In this document: piece after piece, positions 1 through 9,923 of the stretch
Numbering within the stretch: the stretch's first letter is position 1
Layout of the letters: every line of letters starts with the position of its first letter
The notes under the pieces: model-generated
What the model was told of the DNA's origin: nothing
The model's input: the letters and a program-made list of their open reading frames with translations, nothing else
The model's database searches: none
NCBI GenBank assembly: GCA_038131735.1
Contig: JAYPPX010000001.1
Location: 45,126 to 109,125 of the forward strand
Direction: 5' to 3'
Length of the DNA stretch: 64,000 nucleotides
Source of the DNA: Hyphomicrobiales bacterium
GTDB lineage: Bacteria; Pseudomonadota; Alphaproteobacteria; Rhizobiales; TMED25
Program-made: the position numbers and the translations under genes

Positions 1-444
1 AGATTTGGTGGGTACTACTTCACTAATGTGATTGGTAACCCTTTAGATACTACAGTTGCCTTACACTATATTATCTTTAATGGACTTCTAGAAAGATACA
101 AGAACTTAAAAATACTCGGTGTTCATGGTGGAGGTTTCCTTCCAGCCTACTCTGGAAGAATTGATCACTCATGGGGCGCACGTCGTGACTCATATGGTAA
201 TTTACCAAATCCTCCAACAAGCTATTTAAAGAAACTTTATTTTGATACTACAGTTTTCACACATCAACAGTTAGAGTATCTGGTCAATAATTATGGTGAT
301 GATCATGTCGTACTTGGAACAGACTATCCTTATGATATGGCTGAATATTTCCCAGTACAGCACATTGTTGATAGTAATCTGACTGACGAACAAAAGAAAA
401 ATGTTGTAGGTCAGTCAGCACTAAAATTATTTAATATTGAGTAA
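1..444 (+). CDS. Amidohydrolase_2 family enzyme (ACMSD/LigW-like decarboxylase or hydratase), 5'-truncated by the window edge
   Basis: The frame is open from base 1 (RFGGYYFTNVIGNP...). Motifs HGGG-x-LP, YFDT and C-terminal GTDYP are typical of Amidohydro_2 TIM barrels. Confidence 0.85.
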   Translation, partial: RFGGYYFTNVIGNPLDTTVALHYIIFNGLLERYKNLKILGVHGGGFLPAYSGRIDHSWGARRDSYGNLPNPPTSYLKKLYFDTTVFTHQQLEYLVNNYGDDHVVLGTDYPYDMAEYFPVQHIVDSNLTDEQKKNVVGQSALKLFNIE

Positions 445-445
445 G

Positions 446-1426
446 TTAGATACTGGTAAGTTTTCTATCTTTATCTGAGGACACTTTCGCTTCTTCGCCC
501 TTAGCATACTTTCCGGTAAGCTGGGGCGTATGAGCTCCCTCGAGTCCTCTATCTTCAACATGTACCTTTCGGGTTACTCTTTCCCAGGTTCTTTTTAGTG
601 GGTCGTTTATGTGAACATTTAGTGTTCCAATTTTCTCCACTTCTAGTTCAATATGATCTCCGTCCATAAAAGGATTTAATCCTCTATGGTTAGTCCCTGT
701 TGCTATAATATCACCAGGTTCTAATGTATGGATTGAACTTAGCCATTCTATACAACGAGGAATTTTATGCGCCATATCATCTGTATTGAAGTTTTGCATT
801 ACCTCACCATTATTTTTTAGGATGATCTGTAGCTTTTGCGGATCATCTATCTCATCTTTTGTGACTAAGTAAGGTCCAACTGGTGTATAGGATGCACGAG
901 ATTTCATTGAAAAGAAAAAGTTGGAGGCTATCAAACCCCTTGCTGAACCATCTATGATATTTGTGTATCCAAAAACATAGTCCATTGCATCTTTTTCACT
1001 CACATTTTCAGCTCTTTTGCCTATGATCACAGCAAGCTCAGCCTCGCCCTCAAAAATTGTTGCCGGAATATCTGTTAATTCCATTGTATCTCCATCACCA
1101 ATGACAGTGCTTGTTGCTTTATGAAAAGCATTAATAGGAGCTGGTTCTTTTCTTGTTCCATCTTCCATATAGTTCACAGCCATACAATCAATATTATTTG
1201 GACGAGGGCATGGGCTTCTTAGTTTCAAACCTTTTAGTGCAATCCCATCATTTTGAGCTACATAATCTTCTATGGTTTTTTTATATTTATCAAAGTTTTC
1301 AATTAATCCATTGATAAGATCTCTTGAGTCACGTACAGGAATATCTGATAATAAGTCAGTTATTTCCACAACGTTATCTCCTTTTAATACCCCTAATTTG
1401 AAGTCATCAAAGTATAAAAATTTCAT
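446..1426 (-). CDS. Fumarylacetoacetate hydrolase (FAH) family protein
   Basis: Motifs AVNY, EGEAELAVIIGK, GYTNIID, MKS..YTPVGP and LEPGDIIATGT. Confidence 0.9.
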   Translation of the reverse strand: MKFLYFDDFKLGVLKGDNVVEITDLLSDIPVRDSRDLINGLIENFDKYKKTIEDYVAQNDGIALKGLKLRSPCPRPNNIDCMAVNYMEDGTRKEPAPINAFHKATSTVIGDGDTMELTDIPATIFEGEAELAVIIGKRAENVSEKDAMDYVFGYTNIIDGSARGLIASNFFFSMKSRASYTPVGPYLVTKDEIDDPQKLQIILKNNGEVMQNFNTDDMAHKIPRCIEWLSSIHTLEPGDIIATGTNHRGLNPFMDGDHIELEVEKIGTLNVHINDPLKRTWERVTRKVHVEDRGLEGAHTPQLTGKYAKGEEAKVSSDKDRKLTSI

Positions 1427-1443
1427 TTTTAATCTCCTAAGCT

Positions 1444-2283
1444 TTATAAAGTAATATCATCTTCAGTTACATCCCCCAGATATACGTACCCTGTTTCTTC
1501 AACGCTACCTGAGCCTATATATAAACCTACAGCATGTATTGGTTCATTATCACTAGTATTGTATAGCCAATGTTCAACACCCTTTGGAATATAGTGAAAA
1601 TGTCCTGCTTCAATTTCAGTTTTTTCACCACCAGCTCCAGCTATCCCTCTACCCGAGACTATATAATAGATCTCTTCACAATTTGTATGCATATGTTTTT
1701 TATGTATTGCGCCAGGCATAAACTTGGCATTGAATACAGTGGTTGTAGAACCATTTTTTTTGCTTATTGGTAAACGAAAGTCTGTGATTGACCAACCATC
1801 ACCTTCATCCATTTTTTCTGGCTCAACATCATCAATATGAACTAATATTCCCTCGCTGAAGCCTGCTCTTTCAGTGTTGAGATCATCTTCTGTTACCGGG
1901 CCGCAATATTTGTAGCCAGTATCCTCGACGTCTTTTGCACCGATATAGAATCCAATTACCTCTGCGTCTGAGTCTTTAGTTTCGTTATGAAAGAAGTGTT
2001 CTGAATTTGCTGGCATAACTCTAAAATGACCAGCTCTGACATTCGTTCTTCCTGCCCCTTGTCCAACTACTCCATGTCCCTTCAAATACATTGCAATCTC
2101 TGGACATCTTGAGTGCAAATGTTTGCTATGAGTTGAACCTGGCTTGAATATTGAGTGAAAAACTGTAGTTGAAGAACCACTCTCGCCAGTTATTGGCAAT
2201 CTAAACTCAGATATATTCCAACCATTCTTTTCTTCCATTTTTGCAATAGGAACATCACGGATGTGTATTGGAGGATATTTCAT
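1444..2283 (-). CDS. Bicupin (two tandem cupin domains)
   Basis: Clear internal duplication. Each half has H-x-H-x4-E...H (HLHSRCPE...EHFF; HMHTNCEE...EHWL). Confidence 0.85.
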   Translation of the reverse strand: MKYPPIHIRDVPIAKMEEKNGWNISEFRLPITGESGSSTTVFHSIFKPGSTHSKHLHSRCPEIAMYLKGHGVVGQGAGRTNVRAGHFRVMPANSEHFFHNETKDSDAEVIGFYIGAKDVEDTGYKYCGPVTEDDLNTERAGFSEGILVHIDDVEPEKMDEGDGWSITDFRLPISKKNGSTTTVFNAKFMPGAIHKKHMHTNCEEIYYIVSGRGIAGAGGEKTEIEAGHFHYIPKGVEHWLYNTSDNEPIHAVGLYIGSGSVEETGYVYLGDVTEDDITL

Positions 2284-2295
2284 TTCTTTCTCCCT

Positions 2296-2481
2296 TTAGA
2301 AAAGATATTTATCAATTAGAGTGATTAACCACCCATAGACGAGGGCTCCAAGGATAGCTCCATATATTAAAAATTGAGCTGGTCCAGGAATTTCTTTTTT
2401 ACCTCGATAAATAATCAAAGAAAATTGAATTATCCCTAAAAACCCCCCAAGTATAAACCATTTATAAGCTAATATATCCAT
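2296..2481 (-). CDS. Small two-helix membrane protein, unknown function
   Basis: 61 aa with two hydrophobic segments; exactly fills the gap between co-oriented genes (1 nt and 12 nt spacers). Confidence 0.6.
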   Translation of the reverse strand: MDILAYKWFILGGFLGIIQFSLIIYRGKKEIPGPAQFLIYGAILGALVYGWLITLIDKYLF

Positions 2482-2482
2482 A

Positions 2483-3916
2483 TTATGTAACTATAAATTC
2501 ATTAGCGATTATAATCCAAACAGATAATAACAGTCCACCGATAATTGTAAACAAACCATTCCAATTTAGACCAGCATAGTGTGGAGTTACTTTGCCTAAT
2601 TTTGCAATCAATAATGTGGATGCTGTAAATGGTGAACTGATTCCACAGATTGCCCATCCGGCTGTTAGAGCAACAATAATGCTATTTGGGGATACACCCA
2701 TCACATCCGCAGATGGGATTAGTGGACCGATCATGTAAACAGCTAAAATAGGGTTCATACCTACTTGACCACAAATTGGCATTATCCAGACAATTGAAAC
2801 AAGAATTATTGGGGCAGGAATGGAATTCAAAAATGACATACTCTCCCCAGCCACATTATTGATTATACTTGATCCCATAATACCGATGAAAGCAGCCATG
2901 ATCAGAACAATTAGCTCTTGTTTGTAATTATATATGTCCTCATTCACAAACTCATCCACCCGATGCATAGTATTATAGACCATCATTTTGGTATTTCCGG
3001 TATTCTGATATGCAATCCAGAGGATACTGTAAATTGGAACAACAAGCATTACAACTGGGACAGCTTTGAGATTTGTATAGCCCATGAGAAAAAATATGAT
3101 GCCGAGAAGTGTTATAAAAATGAAAGCTAACGGAATAAGCGCACGCCAAGTTCCTTTGGATGTAAATTCTGGCATTGCCATCTTATCTTTTAATTTTTTA
3201 CTGCTAATATAGTCTAGTGCCCAGCCAAGCATAATAAGAATAAAAGCGCTAGTAATACATGATATTGCAGCTCCTTTCCAGGATGTATTGGGAATAACAG
3301 ATGTTGTGATAGCTATTGAGAATGTGAGAGGTGACCAGCAGGTCATCGCAACAAAACCTCTTTGAACAGCAAGCAACATTGCTTTTCTGTTTAAATCACG
3401 TGATTCTTCATTCGTAATAGCATTCGCACCTTTTTCTACAAGGCTTCCAAGTAATGAAATTGCTCCAAAACTCAAGATCACACCAAACATGTGACCACCA
3501 AAAGTAAGCGTTCCGTATCTTATACTTGCTTTTTGTTCTGCCAAATATCTCCCACATTTTTCCATTGCGGGTGAGGAAGCCGCCGCTTTTCTCAGAGCGC
3601 AAAGGGAAAGAAAAAAGGTTGCAACAAATGTTGATTTTGTGAGGGCCTCAATGGAAACACTAAGCCAATTTGGTAGTAAAAATATTGAAATAAAAGTTAA
3701 AAGTGCACCAACAACCAAGAACATCTTACGTGATAAAGTAAGATTATTTAATGACATAGATAAATAAGCAAGAATAAGGATAGCTGATATAATGTATGGA
3801 GTGAGCAAACCTGACCATTCAGATAGAATTACAGTAATCATTACAAATGGCATAAGTAATGTTGTCCCTATCCTAAATTTGGACTCACTATTTTGGTAAA
3901 GCTGGATTATGTTCAT
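2483..3916 (-). CDS. Polytopic membrane protein, possible ion-transporter-superfamily (CitM/DctM-like) permease
   Basis: 477 aa with 12 or more hydrophobic segments, inside the operon. Family assignment is tentative. Confidence 0.55.
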   Translation of the reverse strand: MNIIQLYQNSESKFRIGTTLLMPFVMITVILSEWSGLLTPYIISAILILAYLSMSLNNLTLSRKMFLVVGALLTFISIFLLPNWLSVSIEALTKSTFVATFFLSLCALRKAAASSPAMEKCGRYLAEQKASIRYGTLTFGGHMFGVILSFGAISLLGSLVEKGANAITNEESRDLNRKAMLLAVQRGFVAMTCWSPLTFSIAITTSVIPNTSWKGAAISCITSAFILIMLGWALDYISSKKLKDKMAMPEFTSKGTWRALIPLAFIFITLLGIIFFLMGYTNLKAVPVVMLVVPIYSILWIAYQNTGNTKMMVYNTMHRVDEFVNEDIYNYKQELIVLIMAAFIGIMGSSIINNVAGESMSFLNSIPAPIILVSIVWIMPICGQVGMNPILAVYMIGPLIPSADVMGVSPNSIIVALTAGWAICGISSPFTASTLLIAKLGKVTPHYAGLNWNGLFTIIGGLLLSVWIIIANEFIVT

Positions 3917-3918
3917 TA

Positions 3919-5121
3919 TTATGAATTTCTATTAAATACAAAATTTAATATGATTATTGTTATTAATGCAAGACTTGTTGTTGTTAACTGAGCAACGCTA
4001 AATACAAAGGATGAGTTCATTTCAATATTCGCCAAAGTGATAGTAATTAATGCCCCCCATCCAAAATGAAGAAATCCGCCTAAAGCTGATGCAGAACCTG
4101 CAATTTCAGGTTTTACAGAATTTAATGCTGCTGCATAACAATTACCCAAAACAAGACCCGTACCAAAATTAGAAATAGCAAATGCAATCAATACTGGCAT
4201 GGGAGTCTGAACCTCACTTATACCAAAAAATAATTGCAAAACCCCACCAGAACAACTGAAAATGCCCCCAATAATAATTATTTGATCAACAGAAATGTAA
4301 TCCATGAGTTTACGCGATGTAAATGTCGCAAGGACAAAAAGAGATGGCATAACCATCACATAAAAACCAAAAACTTCCGGGGATACACCCATCAAAACAA
4401 TAAATATAATTGGAGATGAAACTACATAAGCTTGCATAGCTCCGCTTGCAAATGCAGTTATTAAACTATAGGCGGTAAATTTCTTATTTTTGAGCAGTTC
4501 CAAATAATTACTATAAAGGGTACTCAATTTTGGCGGATTTCTCATTTCCTTCGGAAGCGTCTCTTTCAAATTGATTGAGATTAGGATGAGAACTACAAAT
4601 CCAATTAGGGTTGTGAATAAAAATGTCGCTCTCCAGCTAAACCATCCCGTTAAAAAACCTCCAATAAAGGGAGCCATAATCGGTCCAACGGCCATTGCAA
4701 TAGCAACATATGACATAGCTTTAGCAGCAGCGAGACCTTCAGAAGTATCTCTTATAATTGCTCTACTGATTACTAAAGTTGAACATGCCCCAGTAGCTTG
4801 CGCAACTCTGCAAAGAAGGAGCGTTTGAATATCATTGGCATTAGCACATAGATAACTTGCAAATGTAAAAAGTAAAATACCAAGTAATACAATCGGCTTT
4901 CTTCCAAATTTATCTGATAGAGGGCCAATAATTAATTGAGTTGACGCGAAGGCAGCTAGATACACAGGGACCATGATCTGAACAACAGATCGAGGAATTT
5001 CAAGTTCAACTGCAATGGAGGGCAAGCCAGGAAGAAAAATTGTAGATGCAATCTGGCCAGCAAATAACATCGTAAATAAAACGGCTATTGGCGCTTGCTT
5101 TTGAACTTGTTCTTTTGTCAT
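3919..5121 (-). CDS. MFS transporter, Bcr/CflA (DHA1) subfamily
   Basis: IFLPGLP, motif A GPLSDKFGRKP, RAIIRD, GP..AP.IGG, SWRATF. Confidence 0.85.
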   Translation of the reverse strand: MTKEQVQKQAPIAVLFTMLFAGQIASTIFLPGLPSIAVELEIPRSVVQIMVPVYLAAFASTQLIIGPLSDKFGRKPIVLLGILLFTFASYLCANANDIQTLLLCRVAQATGACSTLVISRAIIRDTSEGLAAAKAMSYVAIAMAVGPIMAPFIGGFLTGWFSWRATFLFTTLIGFVVLILISINLKETLPKEMRNPPKLSTLYSNYLELLKNKKFTAYSLITAFASGAMQAYVVSSPIIFIVLMGVSPEVFGFYVMVMPSLFVLATFTSRKLMDYISVDQIIIIGGIFSCSGGVLQLFFGISEVQTPMPVLIAFAISNFGTGLVLGNCYAAALNSVKPEIAGSASALGGFLHFGWGALITITLANIEMNSSFVFSVAQLTTTSLALITIIILNFVFNRNS

Positions 5122-6293
5122 TATATTTTATACGATTTGTTATTCATAATAAGAGCAGTTTGTGTGAAAATAACAAGGGTAATTCCTATAATACCTACAT
5201 AGAAGAATGTGTTTGATATTCCATAAATATCAGAAAATATTCCATTGAGAATTGATCCAACAGCATTCCCGCCAATTGCTGTAGCAAGCCACAAACTTGC
5301 AACCCGAGCTCTGTATGAGTCTGTTAATTGCATTTGCACAGTAGATTGCATGTCGATTGCAACATTTGTTACACACGCACCACTAATAAATGCTGCAAAA
5401 AGTGCCATATTCCATGTGTCGGCTTGACCAAGTATTGTTACAGAAAGTAAGCCAATGAGGAGTGATATTTTCGCAATTATTGGTATACCATTCTCATTGT
5501 ATGTCTTCTTACGTGAGGCAATGAGAAATGCACTAATTAACGCGCCAACGCCAGCTGCCGCCATGATATTTCCTAAACCTTCCGCTCCCATATTGAATTT
5601 ACCATCAGCTAAGGCAGGCAATAACTCGTGGCATCCTCTAATGATAATTGATGCGATAAACGTAAGTATAATACATTCAAGAATGATAACGTTTTTATAT
5701 GCAAATTTTGCTCCATCAACTAGCTCGCCAATAAAGTTTGTCTCCCTAGTTTTTGGCTCACTTTGCTTTGGAGCGAGCTGGATAAGAGACAGTGTTACTA
5801 AAGCTGGAATAAAGAAGAATGATGAAATGAGAATAGTATATTGTGTTCCTACTGAACCAATTAGGATTCCCCCAATGCTTGGACCAATGATACGTGCTAC
5901 CTGGAAGTTCATTGCATTAAAAGCAACAGCGTTTGCTATGGTTGGTTTGTCTACGATTCGGGGTACAATTGTTTGACGGGCAGATCCTTGGGCACTATTT
6001 GCAGTGCCAATAATCAATGAGATAATACACAAACTAAAAATAGATAAAGCTCCAAAAACATGCAGAAGAAAAATTGAGAAGGCGGCAAGGCCTTGAATAA
6101 GCTGAGCGAGTATTGCGGTTTTTAAGGGCTCAATTCGATCCAGTAAGACTCCAAAAAAAGGAATTGTTGTTATATATGGCACAAATAGAAAGAATGATAA
6201 TAAACCAACATATGTGCTCGATCCTGTTAGATCCCATGCTATCCAGCTGATAACAATCCGAGTAATCCATACCGCTTGCATGGATGGTGTCAT
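5121..6293 (-). CDS. MFS transporter (MFS_3/DUF894-like); true start probably up to 27 codons further upstream
   Basis: 12-TM pattern, GVLLDR, NAVAFNAMNFQVARIIGPSIGG, RARVASL. The frame stays open upstream to 6374. Confidence 0.8.
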   Translation of the reverse strand: MTPSMQAVWITRIVISWIAWDLTGSSTYVGLLSFFLFVPYITTIPFFGVLLDRIEPLKTAILAQLIQGLAAFSIFLLHVFGALSIFSLCIISLIIGTANSAQGSARQTIVPRIVDKPTIANAVAFNAMNFQVARIIGPSIGGILIGSVGTQYTILISSFFFIPALVTLSLIQLAPKQSEPKTRETNFIGELVDGAKFAYKNVIILECIILTFIASIIIRGCHELLPALADGKFNMGAEGLGNIMAAAGVGALISAFLIASRKKTYNENGIPIIAKISLLIGLLSVTILGQADTWNMALFAAFISGACVTNVAIDMQSTVQMQLTDSYRARVASLWLATAIGGNAVGSILNGIFSDIYGISNTFFYVGIIGITLVIFTQTALIMNNKSYKI

Positions 6294-6438
6294 ACCAAAA
6301 AGATAGTATCTGAAATACTTACTATGAAGTGCGGGGTATCGAATTTTTTCCTCTATGGATGTGTGTTTAGATAATCAAAATATATTTTATAATATTATCC
6401 TATACAATACTAAATAATTTGTTTATTTAAATACCACT

Positions 6439-7278
6439 ATGGAACTTGAACTCAATAATGAGATTGAGGAGATAAAGAACTCATCTCAGCAAAAGTTTAT
6501 AACAACTAAAGAGGGAACAAAGATATCATTTCGTCTCTGGGGTGATTATGGGCCCACTCTAGTTTTGTTGCATGGTGGATATGGATCATGGCTCCATTGG
6601 CTTAAAAATATTGAAGAACTCTCAAAAGATTTTCAGCTTATTATTCCCGATATGCCTGGATTTGGAGACTCAGAGGCATTGCCTGAATTACCAAATGTAG
6701 ATAAATACGCTAAAACAATATTTACAGCTCTGAAAGGACTTATTAATGATCGTCAATTCAATATTGTAGGCTTTTCTTTTGGATCTGTGATTGGCTCACA
6801 CATGATGAAGTTTGCTGGTGATCAAGTTAATCGGCTAACCTTGGTTGGATATAACCGAACAGGTAATATGCCATTCAAACGCCCTCAAATGAAAAATTGG
6901 AGAGCAGCAACAACAAAAGATGAATTATTTGAGGCACAGAGATATAACTTATCAGTTATGATGATCCATAAGTTAGATAAGATTGATGAACAAGCAATAA
7001 CAATTCAAACACTTAACACCCGTGGTGGAAAGGTTCGAAGCCTTGATATTGTTGCATCGCATGATCTCCCTCACAGGTTATTAGGTGTTACTCAACCAAT
7101 TGACATCATATGGGGTGAATTTGACGTGACTCTTATTAATGGATATGATGATGCGCATCAAGTCATGACCACATTGATACCAAGTATTACTTGTCACCAA
7201 ATTAAAAATTCAGGCCATTGGATCCAGTTTGAAGAAGCCAAAGCCTTCAACAAAATACTCAAAGAAATATATTTATAA
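6439..7278 (+). CDS. Alpha/beta-fold hydrolase, meta-cleavage-product (C-C) hydrolase-like
   Basis: LLHGG, PDMPGFGDS, nucleophile elbow GFSFG, WGEFD and catalytic His in SGHW.Q.E. Confidence 0.8.
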   Translation: MELELNNEIEEIKNSSQQKFITTKEGTKISFRLWGDYGPTLVLLHGGYGSWLHWLKNIEELSKDFQLIIPDMPGFGDSEALPELPNVDKYAKTIFTALKGLINDRQFNIVGFSFGSVIGSHMMKFAGDQVNRLTLVGYNRTGNMPFKRPQMKNWRAATTKDELFEAQRYNLSVMMIHKLDKIDEQAITIQTLNTRGGKVRSLDIVASHDLPHRLLGVTQPIDIIWGEFDVTLINGYDDAHQVMTTLIPSITCHQIKNSGHWIQFEEAKAFNKILKEIYL

Positions 7279-7411
7279 TTTTATACTTAGTTTTTTTATT
7301 TGCTCTTTATGTTGTAATAATGAAATATATCTTGTAATGTGTATAGATGTCTAAAAAAATTATGAATAAGGCTTTCCTATAATTACTAATAAGATGAATT
7401 AATTCACCACA

Positions 7412-8464
7412 ATGTATACTGGACTTATTCTTTATTTCTCTGCCGCCATTGGTATTTCATTTTTCTGCTCTCTATTTGAAGCGGCACTATTGAGTACAAC
7501 ACACTCATATACTCAATTGAAATTAAGTGAGGGTACAAGAACAGGCGCCATCCTTGATAAATTTAAAACCAATATAGATAAGCCACTTGCTGCTATCTTA
7601 ACACTTAATACAATTGCAAACACATGGTGTGCAATTGGGGTTGGTAAAGAAGCAACCAAAATTTGGCCAAGCTATCCAACAATAACGGGTTTAATTGTTC
7701 CACTGGCTATGACAGCTTGCATACTAATTTTTTCTGAAATCACACCTAAAACACTCGGAGCAAAAAATTGGAAGACCCTTGCTCCATTTACTGCAAGAAG
7801 TGTTAATTTCCTTCTTGTACTCTTAATGCCAATTATCTGGTTTCTTCAAGTTTATACCAGGTTACTCAATAGGACAGGAGATAGTAATATCTTCTCAAGA
7901 GCTGATTTTCTGGCAATGGCTGAAATTGGAAAGAATGAAGGTGAACTAGACAAGGTGGAAAGTAAGTTAATATACAACCTCTTACACTTTAAAAATTATC
8001 AAGTGAAAGATGTAATGACTCCAAGATCTGTTATTGTCTCAGAACCTCAAGAAATGTATGCAAGAGAATTCTACGATCTCCAGGAAGAGCTAATTTTTTC
8101 AAGGATCTTGCTAAAAGAGAGTAAAGAATCTGAAATCATTATTGGTTATATCCTCAAGGATGAAGTTTTAGAACATCTTCTTGATGATGAAGACCATAAA
8201 CAGCTCTCTCATTTTAAAAGAGATATTATTACTGTATCAGAAACCTACAATATGCTTGATATGTTTAATGATTTTATCAAAAATCATGAACATATTGCTT
8301 TGGTACTCGATGAATTCAATAGTGTTGCAGGCGTAGTCACTATGGAAGATGTTGTCGAGACAATTCTTGGACACGAGATTGTTGATGAGACGGATAAGGT
8401 TGCAGATCTCCAAGATTTAGCCATGCAGCAAGGTCAACAATTAACTGAAAATCCCAAAGATTAA
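7412..8464 (+). CDS. CNNM/DUF21-CBS domain protein (CorB/hemolysin family, Mg2+/Co2+ homeostasis)
   Basis: SFFCSLFEAALLS, ILTLNTIAN, SEITPK, VKDVMTPR, VLDEF...GVVTMEDVVETILGHEIVDETD. Confidence 0.9.
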   Translation: MYTGLILYFSAAIGISFFCSLFEAALLSTTHSYTQLKLSEGTRTGAILDKFKTNIDKPLAAILTLNTIANTWCAIGVGKEATKIWPSYPTITGLIVPLAMTACILIFSEITPKTLGAKNWKTLAPFTARSVNFLLVLLMPIIWFLQVYTRLLNRTGDSNIFSRADFLAMAEIGKNEGELDKVESKLIYNLLHFKNYQVKDVMTPRSVIVSEPQEMYAREFYDLQEELIFSRILLKESKESEIIIGYILKDEVLEHLLDDEDHKQLSHFKRDIITVSETYNMLDMFNDFIKNHEHIALVLDEFNSVAGVVTMEDVVETILGHEIVDETDKVADLQDLAMQQGQQLTENPKD

Positions 8465-8485
8465 TTACTTTAGTAACTACTCATA

Positions 8486-9919
8486 ATGGTCGAAATAGTA
8501 TGGTTTAAGCGCGATCTGAGAATAAATGACCATGAACCACTGCTGGAAGCTTCAAAAAGAGGAGACATAATACCTCTTCATATTATTGAGCCTGATCTTT
8601 GGAAGCAACCAGATGTAAGTGATAGACAATATCATTTTCTAACAGACTCATTGTCAGAACTCAATCAATCACTTAAAAAACTGGGCCAAGAGCTAATAAT
8701 CAAAGTTGGTAATGCAGATGATGTTTTTATTAATCTAATAAATCAATTTTCGATTAAAAACATTTGGTCGCATCAAGAAACATGGAATTATTGGACTTAC
8801 CAAAGAGATATTAACTTAAGAAAATTATTTAAATCTCATAATGTAAATTGGATTGAATTACCAACAAATGGTGTTGTTCGTAATCTAGCCCATCGTAAAG
8901 ATTGGGCTCGGTTATTTTATCAAGAGATGAAGCGCAGCCCATTTAACCCTCCAACCAAACTAAACAAAATTAATTTAAAATCAGACAAGATTCCGTCATC
9001 TGAAACTTTAGGAATAGAAAAGATAGCATATACGGACAGACAAAAAGGTGGAGAAAATGAGGCAATGAATTTATTGGGAAGTTTTTTGCATGAAAGATCA
9101 TACAATTACTCAAAAAATATTTCATCTCCATTGTATTCTGTTGACTCATGTTCACGCCTGTCAACCTATCTAGCTTTCGGTAATATCTCATTGAAGCAAA
9201 TCTTCTATCAGACAAATTCTTCTATTGATCAACACAAGAAAAACAAAAGTTCTACGAACCTAAATTTGCGTTCGATTAATGCATTTAAAAGTAGGTTAAG
9301 GTGGAGATCACATTTTATCCAAAAACTAGAAGATCAGCCTGATATTGAATATAAAAACCTGCACAGTGGTTATAATGGCTTGAGAGAACATGATTTTAAC
9401 GAAGTTTTTTATCAAGCTTGGTGTGCTGGGAAAACAGGTTTCCCATTTGTTGATGCATGTATGCGTTCTCTGGTCGATACGGGTTGGATAAATTTTAGGA
9501 TGAGGGCAATGTTAGTTAGTTTTGCCGCCAATAATTTATGGTTAGATTGGAAAAAATTTTCTCATTTTTTATCAAAAATTTTTACAGATTACGAACCAGG
9601 TATTCATTATTCACAATTACAAATGCAATCAGGTACCACAGGAATTAATACGATAAGAATTTATAATCCTATCAAACAAAGTTATGATCAGGACAAAGAC
9701 GGGATTTTTATAAAGAGATGGGTAAATGAGCTAAATGATTATCCAAATGAATTTATTCATGAACCATGGAAAAGCCCATTATTTAGAAGTGATTATATCT
9801 CTCCAATTATTGATGAAGTGGAGACAAGAAAGATTGCTGCAAGCAAGCTTTATTCTCTTAAGGCGAAGATAAGAAATTCTGAGGATACGAAGAAAATTCT
9901 TCAAACGCATGTTAGTTAG
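8486..9919 (+). CDS. Cryptochrome/photolyase family protein (FAD-binding)
   Basis: VWFKRDLRINDHEPL, SRLSTYLAFGNIS, GKTGFPFVDACMRSL..TGWINFRMRAML, RIYNP. Confidence 0.92.
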   Translation: MVEIVWFKRDLRINDHEPLLEASKRGDIIPLHIIEPDLWKQPDVSDRQYHFLTDSLSELNQSLKKLGQELIIKVGNADDVFINLINQFSIKNIWSHQETWNYWTYQRDINLRKLFKSHNVNWIELPTNGVVRNLAHRKDWARLFYQEMKRSPFNPPTKLNKINLKSDKIPSSETLGIEKIAYTDRQKGGENEAMNLLGSFLHERSYNYSKNISSPLYSVDSCSRLSTYLAFGNISLKQIFYQTNSSIDQHKKNKSSTNLNLRSINAFKSRLRWRSHFIQKLEDQPDIEYKNLHSGYNGLREHDFNEVFYQAWCAGKTGFPFVDACMRSLVDTGWINFRMRAMLVSFAANNLWLDWKKFSHFLSKIFTDYEPGIHYSQLQMQSGTTGINTIRIYNPIKQSYDQDKDGIFIKRWVNELNDYPNEFIHEPWKSPLFRSDYISPIIDEVETRKIAASKLYSLKAKIRNSEDTKKILQTHVS

Positions 9920-9923
9920 ATTA

